Positions 56,489 to 64,000 of a stretch of DNA of 64,000 nt are shown here, piece by piece. The stretch's first letter is position 1. Every line of letters starts with the position of its first letter. The stretch is taken from positions 1,984,001 through 2,048,000 of the forward strand of contig CATQHZ020000001.1 of assembly GCA_958296135.2 (NCBI GenBank). The letters are read 5' to 3'. Made by a program: the position numbers and the translations under genes. The notes under the pieces were generated by a model. It saw nothing but the letters and a program-made list of their open reading frames with translations, was not told the DNA's origin and did no database searches. The stretch comes from an uncultured Poribacteria bacterium (GTDB lineage Bacteria; Poribacteria; WGA-4E; WGA-3G).

Positions 56489-57346
56489 CTATTCGCCCCT
56501 TTCAATTAGCTGCTTGAAATCCGGGACGAAATGCTCAAACGACTTCACCTTGTCGCTCTCCTCAAGAATCGCCGAGGTGAGGACATAAGTGCCATCAAGC
56601 TCGTTTTCTGCGATAGCCCTTTCCTTCCTAGCAAGAAACGTGCTCGCCAAGAACTCGCCCCTATCAAGCGTGACAAAATAGACCTTGATGTGCGCTGTCA
56701 CTTTACTTGCCAGAAGTTTGGATCTCCAATAGGAGGCTTTGGCAATTCGCCATCCTGACGTGACTTCGGATAAAATGACAGCGATGACCTTGGAATTTTT
56801 CGGGTCGTAAACGACAGTATCAACATCCGGTAGGTAGAAACCGAATTTGCCGAAATCTACCGACAAATTCCGGTTAACAGCCACCAATTCTGGAGACAGG
56901 CTTGCGCCTCGCTCTAATTCTCGGAGGCTGATTACCTTTATGCCGTGTGCCTCTATCGGTTCAGTGAGAAGATGCTGAATGCGTTCTTCAAACCGTTTCC
57001 CTTTCAAAGCACGCCATCTCAGCAAATCGGCCTCTCGCAGTTCCGGTCCGACATCCTCAAGGATAACCGCTTCTTCAAGACCTCCGCACAAAACCACTTC
57101 CCCATAGTGTTCTATGAGGTCGTCCATAACGTGGCTTGTGTATGCGGCTCTCCTGAAATCGACGACATCCCGCGCTATTAGGGTATCCACGAGGACAGGG
57201 TCGGGGGTATATCCTATCTCGTAGAGGGTATCAGACAACAGGTTTCTCATTCCATCAAGAGGCCTGCCCCCATGACGCGGTGTCGGGATAGGACCTCGTG
57301 CTGTCGGGGCGGCTACGAGGGGTTTGAGTCCAGGTGGTTGTTTCAT
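56489..57346 (-). CDS. BsaWI-like type II restriction endonuclease, catalytic motif apparently degenerate
   Basis: RNLSVDFGKFGFYLPDVD..YDP..KVIAVI, YWRSKL, HIKVYFV, LDGTYVL, EESDKVK.FEHF. Confidence 0.65.
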   Translation of the reverse strand: MKQPPGLKPLVAAPTARGPIPTPRHGGRPLDGMRNLLSDTLYEIGYTPDPVLVDTLIARDVVDFRRAAYTSHVMDDLIEHYGEVVLCGGLEEAVILEDVGPELREADLLRWRALKGKRFEERIQHLLTEPIEAHGIKVISLRELERGASLSPELVAVNRNLSVDFGKFGFYLPDVDTVVYDPKNSKVIAVILSEVTSGWRIAKASYWRSKLLASKVTAHIKVYFVTLDRGEFLASTFLARKERAIAENELDGTYVLTSAILEESDKVKSFEHFVPDFKQLIERGE

Positions 57347-57349
57347 AAC

Positions 57350-59206
57350 TTAGGCATCTCCGTTGTTGCGAAGATACTCACGGCCGGCATCGGTGATTTC
57401 CCAGAGGCCTTGTGGAGAATCGCGTTTCATTAAACCCTTACGCACCAATTCCCACCGCATGCTATGGGTTCGGTTTTTCCAATACGGCTGCCCACTCGCC
57501 AAGCACTCTAGGTCTTTTGGCCCGAGCTCATCTACCATTAACAGGCGAATCCTCTTGAGCACTACGTGAGTTGCTGCAAAGCCATTGAGTTGCTCTAAGG
57601 CCTTTAAAATAGGCAACTTATAACGACTTCGCGGAAGAGGGACCTGCCGCGTTAACATCCCGGTGATGTCTGGCGGCACCTGAACGCCGTTTTGCTGCTC
57701 AAAGTCCGCGACGCTTTCATAATCGTTATGAAATGACGCGATGATATCCGCGCCCATGTCTCTAGCAACCGTTAGGTCTGCTTTGGCTTTGTCCCATTCC
57801 CTTAGGCGCAGCCACACTTTGCCGCGATTGCAGTAGGCATGGGCATAATTGGGATTGAGTGCTATCGCCGTGGTATAGTCTGCAATAGCCGTGTCAAAAT
57901 CGCCTTTTATGCCGTAAGCAACGCCGCGGTTGTTATAGGCCTTGGCATGATCGGGATTGAGTGCTATCGCCGTGTTAAAGTCTTGGATAGCCGTGTCAAA
58001 ATCGCCCTTGGTGCTATAAGCGTTACCGCGGTTGTTATAGGCATCGGCAAACTGGGGATTGAGTGCTATCGCCGTGTTAAAGTCTTTGAGGGCATTGTCA
58101 AAATCCCCTTTTTTGTCGTAAGCAATGCCACGGTTGTTATAGGCCTCGGCATAATTGAGATTGAGTGCTATCGCCGTGTCAAAGTCTTTGATAGCATTGT
58201 CAAAATCGCCCTTGGTGCTATAAGCGTTACCGCGGTTGTTATAGGCATCGGCAAGCTGGGAATTGAGTGCTATCGCCGTGTTATAGTCCTGAATGGCGTT
58301 GTCAACATCGCCTCTTTCGCCATAAGCAACGCCGCGGTTGTTATAGGCATCGGCATCATCGGGTTTGAGTTCTATCGCCGTGGTATAGTCTGCAATAGCA
58401 TTGTCAAGTTCGCCTTTTTCGTTGTAAGCAATGCCGCGGTTGTTATAGGCCTCCGACATATCGGGTTTCTGTGCCAAAGCCTCGGTATAATGCCCCACGG
58501 ATTTGTCATACCACTTCCGTTTTTCTGCCCGCGTTTTCGCTGAATCTCCTCGATTTTGACAGGTCATCCCTTTATGAAACTGCGTGTAGGCACTTTCATG
58601 GATGCTCCGGTTCGTGATAAATCCATGGAGGTCATTGTAGATAGTTTCGGTGGAAATGTCGTGGTGCTTCCGCAGGTAGTTTAGCATAGACTGTTTAAGT
58701 TCTTTTGGGACAGTCACTACCGCGTCCGGTTCAACAAAACCTTTGGATGCTTGCACGAATATGCTTTTCTGGGATTCCACGCGATTAATCGTCTTCGGCG
58801 GTTTTTCGACCTCGTAGTCGTCCGATTCCTTTTCTAGCAAGATAACCCGGCCGACTTTGTCACGCTCTCCATCACAAGCAAAGAAAAGAGCAATGAGGTA
58901 GTCAGTCGTAAAGTCAATTAGGTTGGTTTTCCCGCCATAGTGTTGGAGTGCTGTCAGGATCTCCAAATCGTTGGCGGTTTCGCGGGTATACTTTCTCGCC
59001 TCGTCCAGAATTTCTTTTTGGACGATATCTATCTCGAAACTTTTCTCCTCAATATCTTTCACATAGTCGCGATAGAGGGTTGAAGAGACTTTCTCATAGT
59101 ATTCAGGCTCGCCGCGAAAGATGTAGTCACCGCTAGCCGATTTCTCAGCTATCTCGCAGATCTTTTTCAGAACGCAGTTGAGTTCGTTTTGTTGTCGTGT
59201 GTTCAT
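57350..59206 (-). CDS. FRG domain plus TPR repeats plus C-terminal Mrr_N-like winged helix
   Basis: YIFRGE, LQHYGGKTNLIDFT, ALFFAC, NRVESQKSIF; about 7-8 AYNNRG-type TPRs; PILKAL...GLWEITDAGREYL. Confidence 0.85.
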   Translation of the reverse strand: MNTRQQNELNCVLKKICEIAEKSASGDYIFRGEPEYYEKVSSTLYRDYVKDIEEKSFEIDIVQKEILDEARKYTRETANDLEILTALQHYGGKTNLIDFTTDYLIALFFACDGERDKVGRVILLEKESDDYEVEKPPKTINRVESQKSIFVQASKGFVEPDAVVTVPKELKQSMLNYLRKHHDISTETIYNDLHGFITNRSIHESAYTQFHKGMTCQNRGDSAKTRAEKRKWYDKSVGHYTEALAQKPDMSEAYNNRGIAYNEKGELDNAIADYTTAIELKPDDADAYNNRGVAYGERGDVDNAIQDYNTAIALNSQLADAYNNRGNAYSTKGDFDNAIKDFDTAIALNLNYAEAYNNRGIAYDKKGDFDNALKDFNTAIALNPQFADAYNNRGNAYSTKGDFDTAIQDFNTAIALNPDHAKAYNNRGVAYGIKGDFDTAIADYTTAIALNPNYAHAYCNRGKVWLRLREWDKAKADLTVARDMGADIIASFHNDYESVADFEQQNGVQVPPDITGMLTRQVPLPRSRYKLPILKALEQLNGFAATHVVLKRIRLLMVDELGPKDLECLASGQPYWKNRTHSMRWELVRKGLMKRDSPQGLWEITDAGREYLRNNGDA

Positions 59207-59254
59207 CTTCTCTCCTCAGTGATAGTCAAAAATGTGCCCCTAATAGGGACGATA

Positions 59255-59551
59255 CGAATAAACTCTCCGGAGTTGCAGCGTCTTCTTCTGCAAGTTGACT
59301 GCCTCCATCATTGAGTTTCGGGTTTTGACGCGCGGGTAAACAGCGCGGCGTTTCTTGTCGAAGCGGTGCTGCGCTTCGGCGGGTCCGAGTGTCTGGAATC
59401 GTTCACGAACCCTTGCAAAAATAGGATACCACAAAACGCTCAAATTTGCAACGAAAAACGTAATGATAACGTTAGTTTACTACAAAAAAGCGGTGTATGT
59501 CAAGAAAAAAAGATGAGCGAATTCGGATGTGGCGCGTTTCAGGTTCTGGAA
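59255..59551 (-). repeat. Array repeat copy 1: leader A plus tandem promoter block
   Basis: Matches 63708-64000 throughout and 61517-61668 from GTTCACGAAC onward. Minus strand has TTGACA-18-TAAACT, the palindrome AACGT-N7-ACGTT, and TTGCAA-17-TATCCT. Confidence 0.9.
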
Positions 59552-59680
59552 CTATTCCCGCGTCAGCATTTCCGCGAGGTCTGGCGGCACCTGAACATCG
59601 TTTTTCTGCTCAAAGTCCGCGACGCTTTCGTAATAGTTATGAAATGAGGCGGTGATATCCGCGCCTTTGGCTTTGGCTAT
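59552..59680 (-). pseudogene. Isolated 3' end of an FRG-TPR gene
   Basis: IAKAKGADITASFHNYYESVADFEQKNDVQVPPDLAEMLTRE*, homologous to the C-termini of both FRG-TPR genes; out of frame with the upstream ORF. Confidence 0.85.
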
Positions 59681-60108
59681 GTCGCTTGCAATACCGCAAT
59701 CGTTTCTTGTTGCTTTTGGACGCTCTCCTGCAGTTTGCTCAACTTTTTATAAAGAAAACCGCCCACCGCCAAAACCAAGGGGACTAGCGCAATCATGAAG
59801 TTTCGCTGATCTGTGATACGCTGGCTTTGCCCGCGGATTTCGCCCTTCATCTCGCTCACCTCGGCTCTCGTCTCACTCAGTTCAGTCCTTACTGCGCTGA
59901 GTTCAACTTTCGTCTCGCTGAGTTCAGTTTTCATCGCGCTGAGTTCAGCTTTCATCGCGCTGAGTTCGGTTTTTATTTCGCTGAGTTCAGTCTTCACCTG
60001 CGCTGCGGCGGCGTTCCCGATGGCTTTAATCTCCTCTCCGCTGAGCTCGCCGAACGTCGGCGCATTCCAGAGCAGTAGTGCCACGAAAACAATCACATAG
60101 ACTCTCAT
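59677..60108 (-). CDS. Signal peptide plus heptad coiled coil plus TM protein
   Basis: AAGGAG RBS; about 7 KTELSAM-like heptads (21-bp repeats); C-terminal TM segment. Confidence 0.7.
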   Translation of the reverse strand: MRVYVIVFVALLLWNAPTFGELSGEEIKAIGNAAAAQVKTELSEIKTELSAMKAELSAMKTELSETKVELSAVRTELSETRAEVSEMKGEIRGQSQRITDQRNFMIALVPLVLAVGGFLYKKLSKLQESVQKQQETIAVLQAT

Positions 60109-60211
60109 TTCTGTCTCCTTTAGTAGTCGCGTCCAAAGGATCTTTGTATAACGCTGCGTCATTGCTTGCTAAATCGGTTTTGCGCAGCCAATTCACCGAT
60201 TCTGTCACCGG

Positions 60212-61276
60212 TTATTCGGCTAAATGCTGCAAGAATGTCTCCAGGTCTGGAACCTGTCCGGCGACAGGAAGTAGCTGCTTGAGGCGTTCCACCTCTGTGA
60301 CGTTTTCAAAGGTGGGGCGCAAGGCCTGCACGACTGTCGGGTTGAATCGCGATTCAAGGATAACCATAAGGCCGTCAATAGTTGCACTTCGTTTGCCTTG
60401 TTCGCGGGCTTGTGCCGCTTGTTCACGGGCTTGTGCTGCTTGTTCGCGGGCTTGTTCGCGGGCTTGTTCGCGGGCTTGTGCTGCTTGTTCACGGGCTTGT
60501 GCCGCTTGTTCACGGGCTTGTGCCGCTTGTTCCACAACTTGCGATACGCGCTGATTCGCTTCCGCCATGAGGGCGGCTTCCTGCTCCGCGAAGCGGCTCT
60601 GAAAGAGACTTTGAAGATAAGGTGAATGTTCCACGAGATCCCTCCGAATAAAACGATTAAGTTGTTCCTCACTATAGCCAGCACTGCCAAATACACCCAG
60701 CAACGCCATTAAGTCTGCCAGAAGGGCATCCGGCACCGGCGCAGCCGCTGTGGCACGAACACACTCACGCAACCAAGCATCGGCATCCATCCCCGGCGGC
60801 GGCTGCATCAGCGGCGTGAAAGGCAACAACGCCGGTTCCTGCGCCTCCAACACCGAAACACCGTCTATCTCACTCAACCGCAGCACCTTATACCGCAAGG
60901 AAAAGTGATGCGCCTCACCCCACTGGCACGCATACCCACCCAGATCCTGTCGCCCAGCACGCGGATGCAAATAGATGACACTGCAATACACCGGCACCTC
61001 ATGTTCCGAAATGAGATAGCCGCAATACCCCGTCATCCGGAAGTGCATCTCTTTCTCGCGGCTGTCGTGCAATTGCACTTCGGTATGTGCTATCGCCTCT
61101 TCGCCGTTGATAAGCATTCGCACCGTGCTATCGCCACGCCGCACCCACATCCGCTGCTGTTCCGTGTCCAGTCTGCTGAGCACCTTGATGTCGGATGTCT
61201 CCAACAGGTACTTCAGGATGGGTTCACCAAGTTCCAGTAGCAAATGTTTGGCTGCACTATCGTAAGGCGTTCGCAT
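60212..61276 (-). CDS. Rpn/YhgA-like PD-(D/E)XK nuclease with repetitive C-terminus
   Basis: YDSAAK, RRGDS...HTEVQ, RMTGY, VIYL, LLPFTPLM; AQAREQA repeats at about 60398-60532. Confidence 0.72.
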   Translation of the reverse strand: MRTPYDSAAKHLLLELGEPILKYLLETSDIKVLSRLDTEQQRMWVRRGDSTVRMLINGEEAIAHTEVQLHDSREKEMHFRMTGYCGYLISEHEVPVYCSVIYLHPRAGRQDLGGYACQWGEAHHFSLRYKVLRLSEIDGVSVLEAQEPALLPFTPLMQPPPGMDADAWLRECVRATAAAPVPDALLADLMALLGVFGSAGYSEEQLNRFIRRDLVEHSPYLQSLFQSRFAEQEAALMAEANQRVSQVVEQAAQAREQAAQAREQAAQAREQAREQAREQAAQAREQAAQAREQGKRSATIDGLMVILESRFNPTVVQALRPTFENVTEVERLKQLLPVAGQVPDLETFLQHLAE

Positions 61277-61516
61277 TAAATTATACCTCAATTGGTTTCG
61301 TCATGTTAAGCCGTTTTTTACGGCACATTTTTTACACAGCGGCAACCGATAGTGCTTCCTGATGTGGGATGATACCCTCAGTAGGCGAGGCGTAAGTCTT
61401 CCGCACTGCTATGCTAGCCGCCCTAGCGCAGGACGCAAAAATTTCCTGCCTCCATTGTGCCTGCAGTGGTACCCTTCCGTGAGTCTAAGATGTCTCCGCT
61501 CCTTTCGGCAGCAAAC

Positions 61517-61668
61517 GTTCACGAACCTATGTCAAGAATAGGATATCACAAAACGCTCAAATTTGCAACGAAAAACGTAATGATAACGTTAGTTTACTAC
61601 AAAAAAGCGATTGATGTCAAGAAAAAAAGACAAACGAATTCGGAAGTGGCGCGTTTCAGGTTCTGGAG
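61517..61668 (-). repeat. Array repeat copy 2: tandem promoter block
   Basis: GTTCACGAAC...AACGTAATGATAACGTTAGTTTACTACAAAAAAGCG..TGTCAAG...TTCAGGTTCTGG, matching 59401-59551. Confidence 0.9.
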
Positions 61669-63036
61669 CTATTCCCGCGTCAGCATTTCCGCGAGGGCTG
61701 GCGGCACCTGAACGCCGTTTTGCTGCTCAAAGTCCGCGACGCTTTCATAATCGTTATGAAATGACGCGATGATATCCACACCTTTGTCCCTGGCAACCGT
61801 TAGGTCTGCTTTGGCTTTGTCCCATTCGTGGAGGTGCATCCACGCTTCGCCGCGATTGCAATAGGTTTCGGCATCATCGGGATTGAGTTCTATTGCCGTG
61901 TTAAAGTCTTTGATGGCGGTGTCAAAATCGCCTTTTCGGTGGTAAGTAACGCCGCGATTGTTGTAGGCATCGGCATAATTGGGGTTGAGTTCTATCGCCG
62001 TGGTATAGTCTGCAATAGCCGTGTCAAAATCGCCCTTTTTGAGGTAGGCCACCCCACGATTATAAGAGGCCAGAGCAAGATTTGGTTTGAGTTCTACCGC
62101 TCTTGCAAAGTCGCTGACGGCCTGGTCGTATCTGCCTATTCCAACGTAGATGGTGCCTCGGTTATTGTAGACCTCGGCAGCATCAGGTTTCAAGTTTATC
62201 GCTGTGCTAAAATCACTGATGGCCTTGTCCTCCTCACCTATGCTGGCGTAAACGTTGCCGCGATTGTTATAGGCTTCGACATAATCGGGTTTCAACTTCA
62301 GAGCCTCAGTATAATGCGCGATGGATTTTTCATAATTCGCGTTATTTTGACACCGCAAACCGCTACAAAGTTCCTCAAAGGCCGTGTGATAGATTCCTTG
62401 TATCCTAATAAATCCATGAAGATCGTTGTAGATGGTTTTTGCGGAGATATTGTGGAACTTTCGCAGATAATCCAGCATAGGAATTTTGATGGATGCCGGC
62501 ATCGTCACAACATCTTCCGGGTCAAATTCGACAAATCCTTGGCGAGGTTGAACAAATACACTTTTCTGGGCCATCACGCGATTAAGTGGTTTGCTCGGTT
62601 CGCGAGGGATGTCAATTAGTTCTTCTAGATCGTCCCTTCTCCGCAAGATAATCCTGCCATCCTCATCATGGGAGCCGTCGCATGCGAAGAAGAGGGCCAC
62701 ACGAGAGTCGCTCGTAAACTCAATTAGATTGGTTGCTCCCCCATGAAAATGAAGTTCAGTTAGGATTTCAAAATCGCTGTCGGCGGCGATTCCAGGGAGA
62801 TGTTCTCTCACCGTCTCCAGCAATTTATCTTGAATGGCCTCTGCATCAAAGTAAGATCCCACACTCCTCAGGTGTTGGTTGTAGAGGGTCGACGAAACTC
62901 TCGGATAGTATGCAGGTTCACCGCGGAAAATGTAGTCAACGCTGGCGGACTTGTCCTCGATTTTCCGGATGATCTTCCGCACCTTGCCGAGTGCGTTTTG
63001 GTGTGAGGGGTTCATCATTTTCATAAAGGTCACCAT
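61669..63036 (-). CDS. FRG domain plus TPR repeat protein
   Basis: YIFRGE, LHFHGGATNLIEFT, ALFFAC, NRVMAQKSVF; about 5-6 TPRs; ends VPPALAEMLTRE. Confidence 0.85.
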   Translation of the reverse strand: MVTFMKMMNPSHQNALGKVRKIIRKIEDKSASVDYIFRGEPAYYPRVSSTLYNQHLRSVGSYFDAEAIQDKLLETVREHLPGIAADSDFEILTELHFHGGATNLIEFTSDSRVALFFACDGSHDEDGRIILRRRDDLEELIDIPREPSKPLNRVMAQKSVFVQPRQGFVEFDPEDVVTMPASIKIPMLDYLRKFHNISAKTIYNDLHGFIRIQGIYHTAFEELCSGLRCQNNANYEKSIAHYTEALKLKPDYVEAYNNRGNVYASIGEEDKAISDFSTAINLKPDAAEVYNNRGTIYVGIGRYDQAVSDFARAVELKPNLALASYNRGVAYLKKGDFDTAIADYTTAIELNPNYADAYNNRGVTYHRKGDFDTAIKDFNTAIELNPDDAETYCNRGEAWMHLHEWDKAKADLTVARDKGVDIIASFHNDYESVADFEQQNGVQVPPALAEMLTRE

Positions 63037-63092
63037 ATCTAGCGTGCAAAGGCTACTGATGCAGGTTAATTGGAAAGTTGCCTTCGCTCCAC

Positions 63093-63668
63093 TTAAAGTT
63101 GTCTGGATGGGGACAAGTTTATCCTATTTGAATCTGGTATCCCCACAAAGTCTTCTTTGGGCTGAACAATCTTTTCTGCTTCCGCTTTCACGCTTCCGTC
63201 TACAACGTTGGATTTAGACAGATACTTTTGGAAGGCGGATACAGTTTCTTGCTCGTTTCCAAGAGTGATGGAATAGAACTTCCGATTTCTCCATGAAACA
63301 TGCGTTTTGTAAGACAGATAAAAGTCCCACGTTTTGCCATTAGTCAGAACGCCAAGGTCAATTCCCTGCTGGAAAACATAGCGGGCTATCTGCCTTTGAG
63401 ATGCCTCGTCCGATTCAATTTTGACACGCCACCGTTTGCACTCAACGAACACCAGAGGTTTTGCCTCATGTTGTAAGGCATAGTCAACCTTGCCATTTGC
63501 AGCCCTCCGTTCTGGGAGAACCTCTAAAGTCTCCAAATTGCTGTCATTCCAGCCTAGGGCCCTAAGGATAGGTAGAACGACAAACTGTTTCGTCGCGAAT
63601 TCGTCAAAGTCGCGGGCTTCAATGGTTCCCGTAAACTGCACAATGTGAGCGATGGTTTGTTCCAGCAT
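63093..63668 (-). CDS. Stand-alone HsdR_N-like PD-(D/E)XK nuclease domain protein
   Basis: EFATKQFVVLPILRALGW, KVDYAL, FVECKR, LTNGKTW; GAGG RBS. Confidence 0.8.
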   Translation of the reverse strand: MLEQTIAHIVQFTGTIEARDFDEFATKQFVVLPILRALGWNDSNLETLEVLPERRAANGKVDYALQHEAKPLVFVECKRWRVKIESDEASQRQIARYVFQQGIDLGVLTNGKTWDFYLSYKTHVSWRNRKFYSITLGNEQETVSAFQKYLSKSNVVDGSVKAEAEKIVQPKEDFVGIPDSNRINLSPSRQL

Positions 63669-63707
63669 GTTTCCTCTTCGTATCAGCAATTGCCTGCCTG
63701 AACGGGC

Positions 63708-64000
63708 CGAATAAACTCTCCGGAGTTGCAGCGTCTTTTTCTGCAAGTTGACTGCCTCCATCGTTGAGTTTCGGGTTTTGACGAGCGGGCAAACGGCGCG
63801 GCATTTCTTGCCGAAGCGGTGCTGCGCTTCGGAGGGTCCGAGTGCCTGCAACCGTTCACGAACTCTTGCAAGAATAGGATATCACAAAATGCACAATTTT
63901 TCAACGAAAAACGTAATGATAACGTTAGTTTACTATAAAAAAGCGGTGTATGTCAAGAAAAAAAGACCTGCGAATTTAGATGTGGCGCATTTCAGGTTCT
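63708..64000 (-). repeat. Array repeat copy 3: leader A plus tandem promoter block (runs off the window)
   Basis: Near-identical to 59255-59548. Confidence 0.9.

Noticed and set aside
57839-58543. 234-aa plus-strand repetitive ORF (and the similar 61828-62619)
   Set aside because: These are antisense shadows of the TPR repeats.
59552-59680. Possible DGR template repeat for the FRG-TPR C-termini
   Set aside because: Differences from the gene copies are not adenine-specific (e.g. GCG/GCC, TAT/TAC) and no reverse transcriptase is in the window.
63669-63851. N-terminal extension of the HsdR_N ORF and the related 59240-59443 ORF
   Set aside because: Both are translations of the shared leader repeat. 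A better RBS and ATG lie at 63668, and the start codons differ between copies.
59255-64000. Possible integron attC sites or IS ends
   Set aside because: The repeats are long, include coding sequence and promoters, and lack evident attC box structure or terminal inverted repeats; no integrase or transposase is visible.

Overview
Bacterial genomic DNA, moderately GC-rich and gene dense. The gene content resembles Candidatus Poribacteria (inference): signal-peptide LamG proteins ending in a KLAxTWGxLK motif, multiple PhyH dioxygenases, sulfatases, enolase-superfamily enzymes and Uma2 nucleases. Housekeeping and catabolic genes (tsaE, xylG-like, hisF, murJ, thiD, tenA, phoR-like) are interleaved with defence-type loci. 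These are a type III R-M locus with three cargo genes between mod and res (14.4-23.0 kb), a Clp-fold protease plus repeat protein, an ATPase/DUF4276-like pair, and a minus-strand cassette array at 55-64 kb. In that array FRG-TPR, HsdR_N, Rpn-like, BsaWI-like, MTase and HNH genes are separated by a repeated unit made of the TPR-gene 3' end plus a tandem promoter. Other main signals: GTAG-type REP-like palindromes scattered between genes and inserted in frame in several proteins; an exact 30-bp promoter duplication flanking a Uma2 gene; a shared C-terminal motif on five secreted proteins; tandem ECF-type promoters beside a decayed copy of an ECF sigma 5' end. No rRNA, tRNA, CRISPR array, transposase, integrase or reverse transcriptase was recognised. 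All family assignments come from motif recognition by eye, not database searches.
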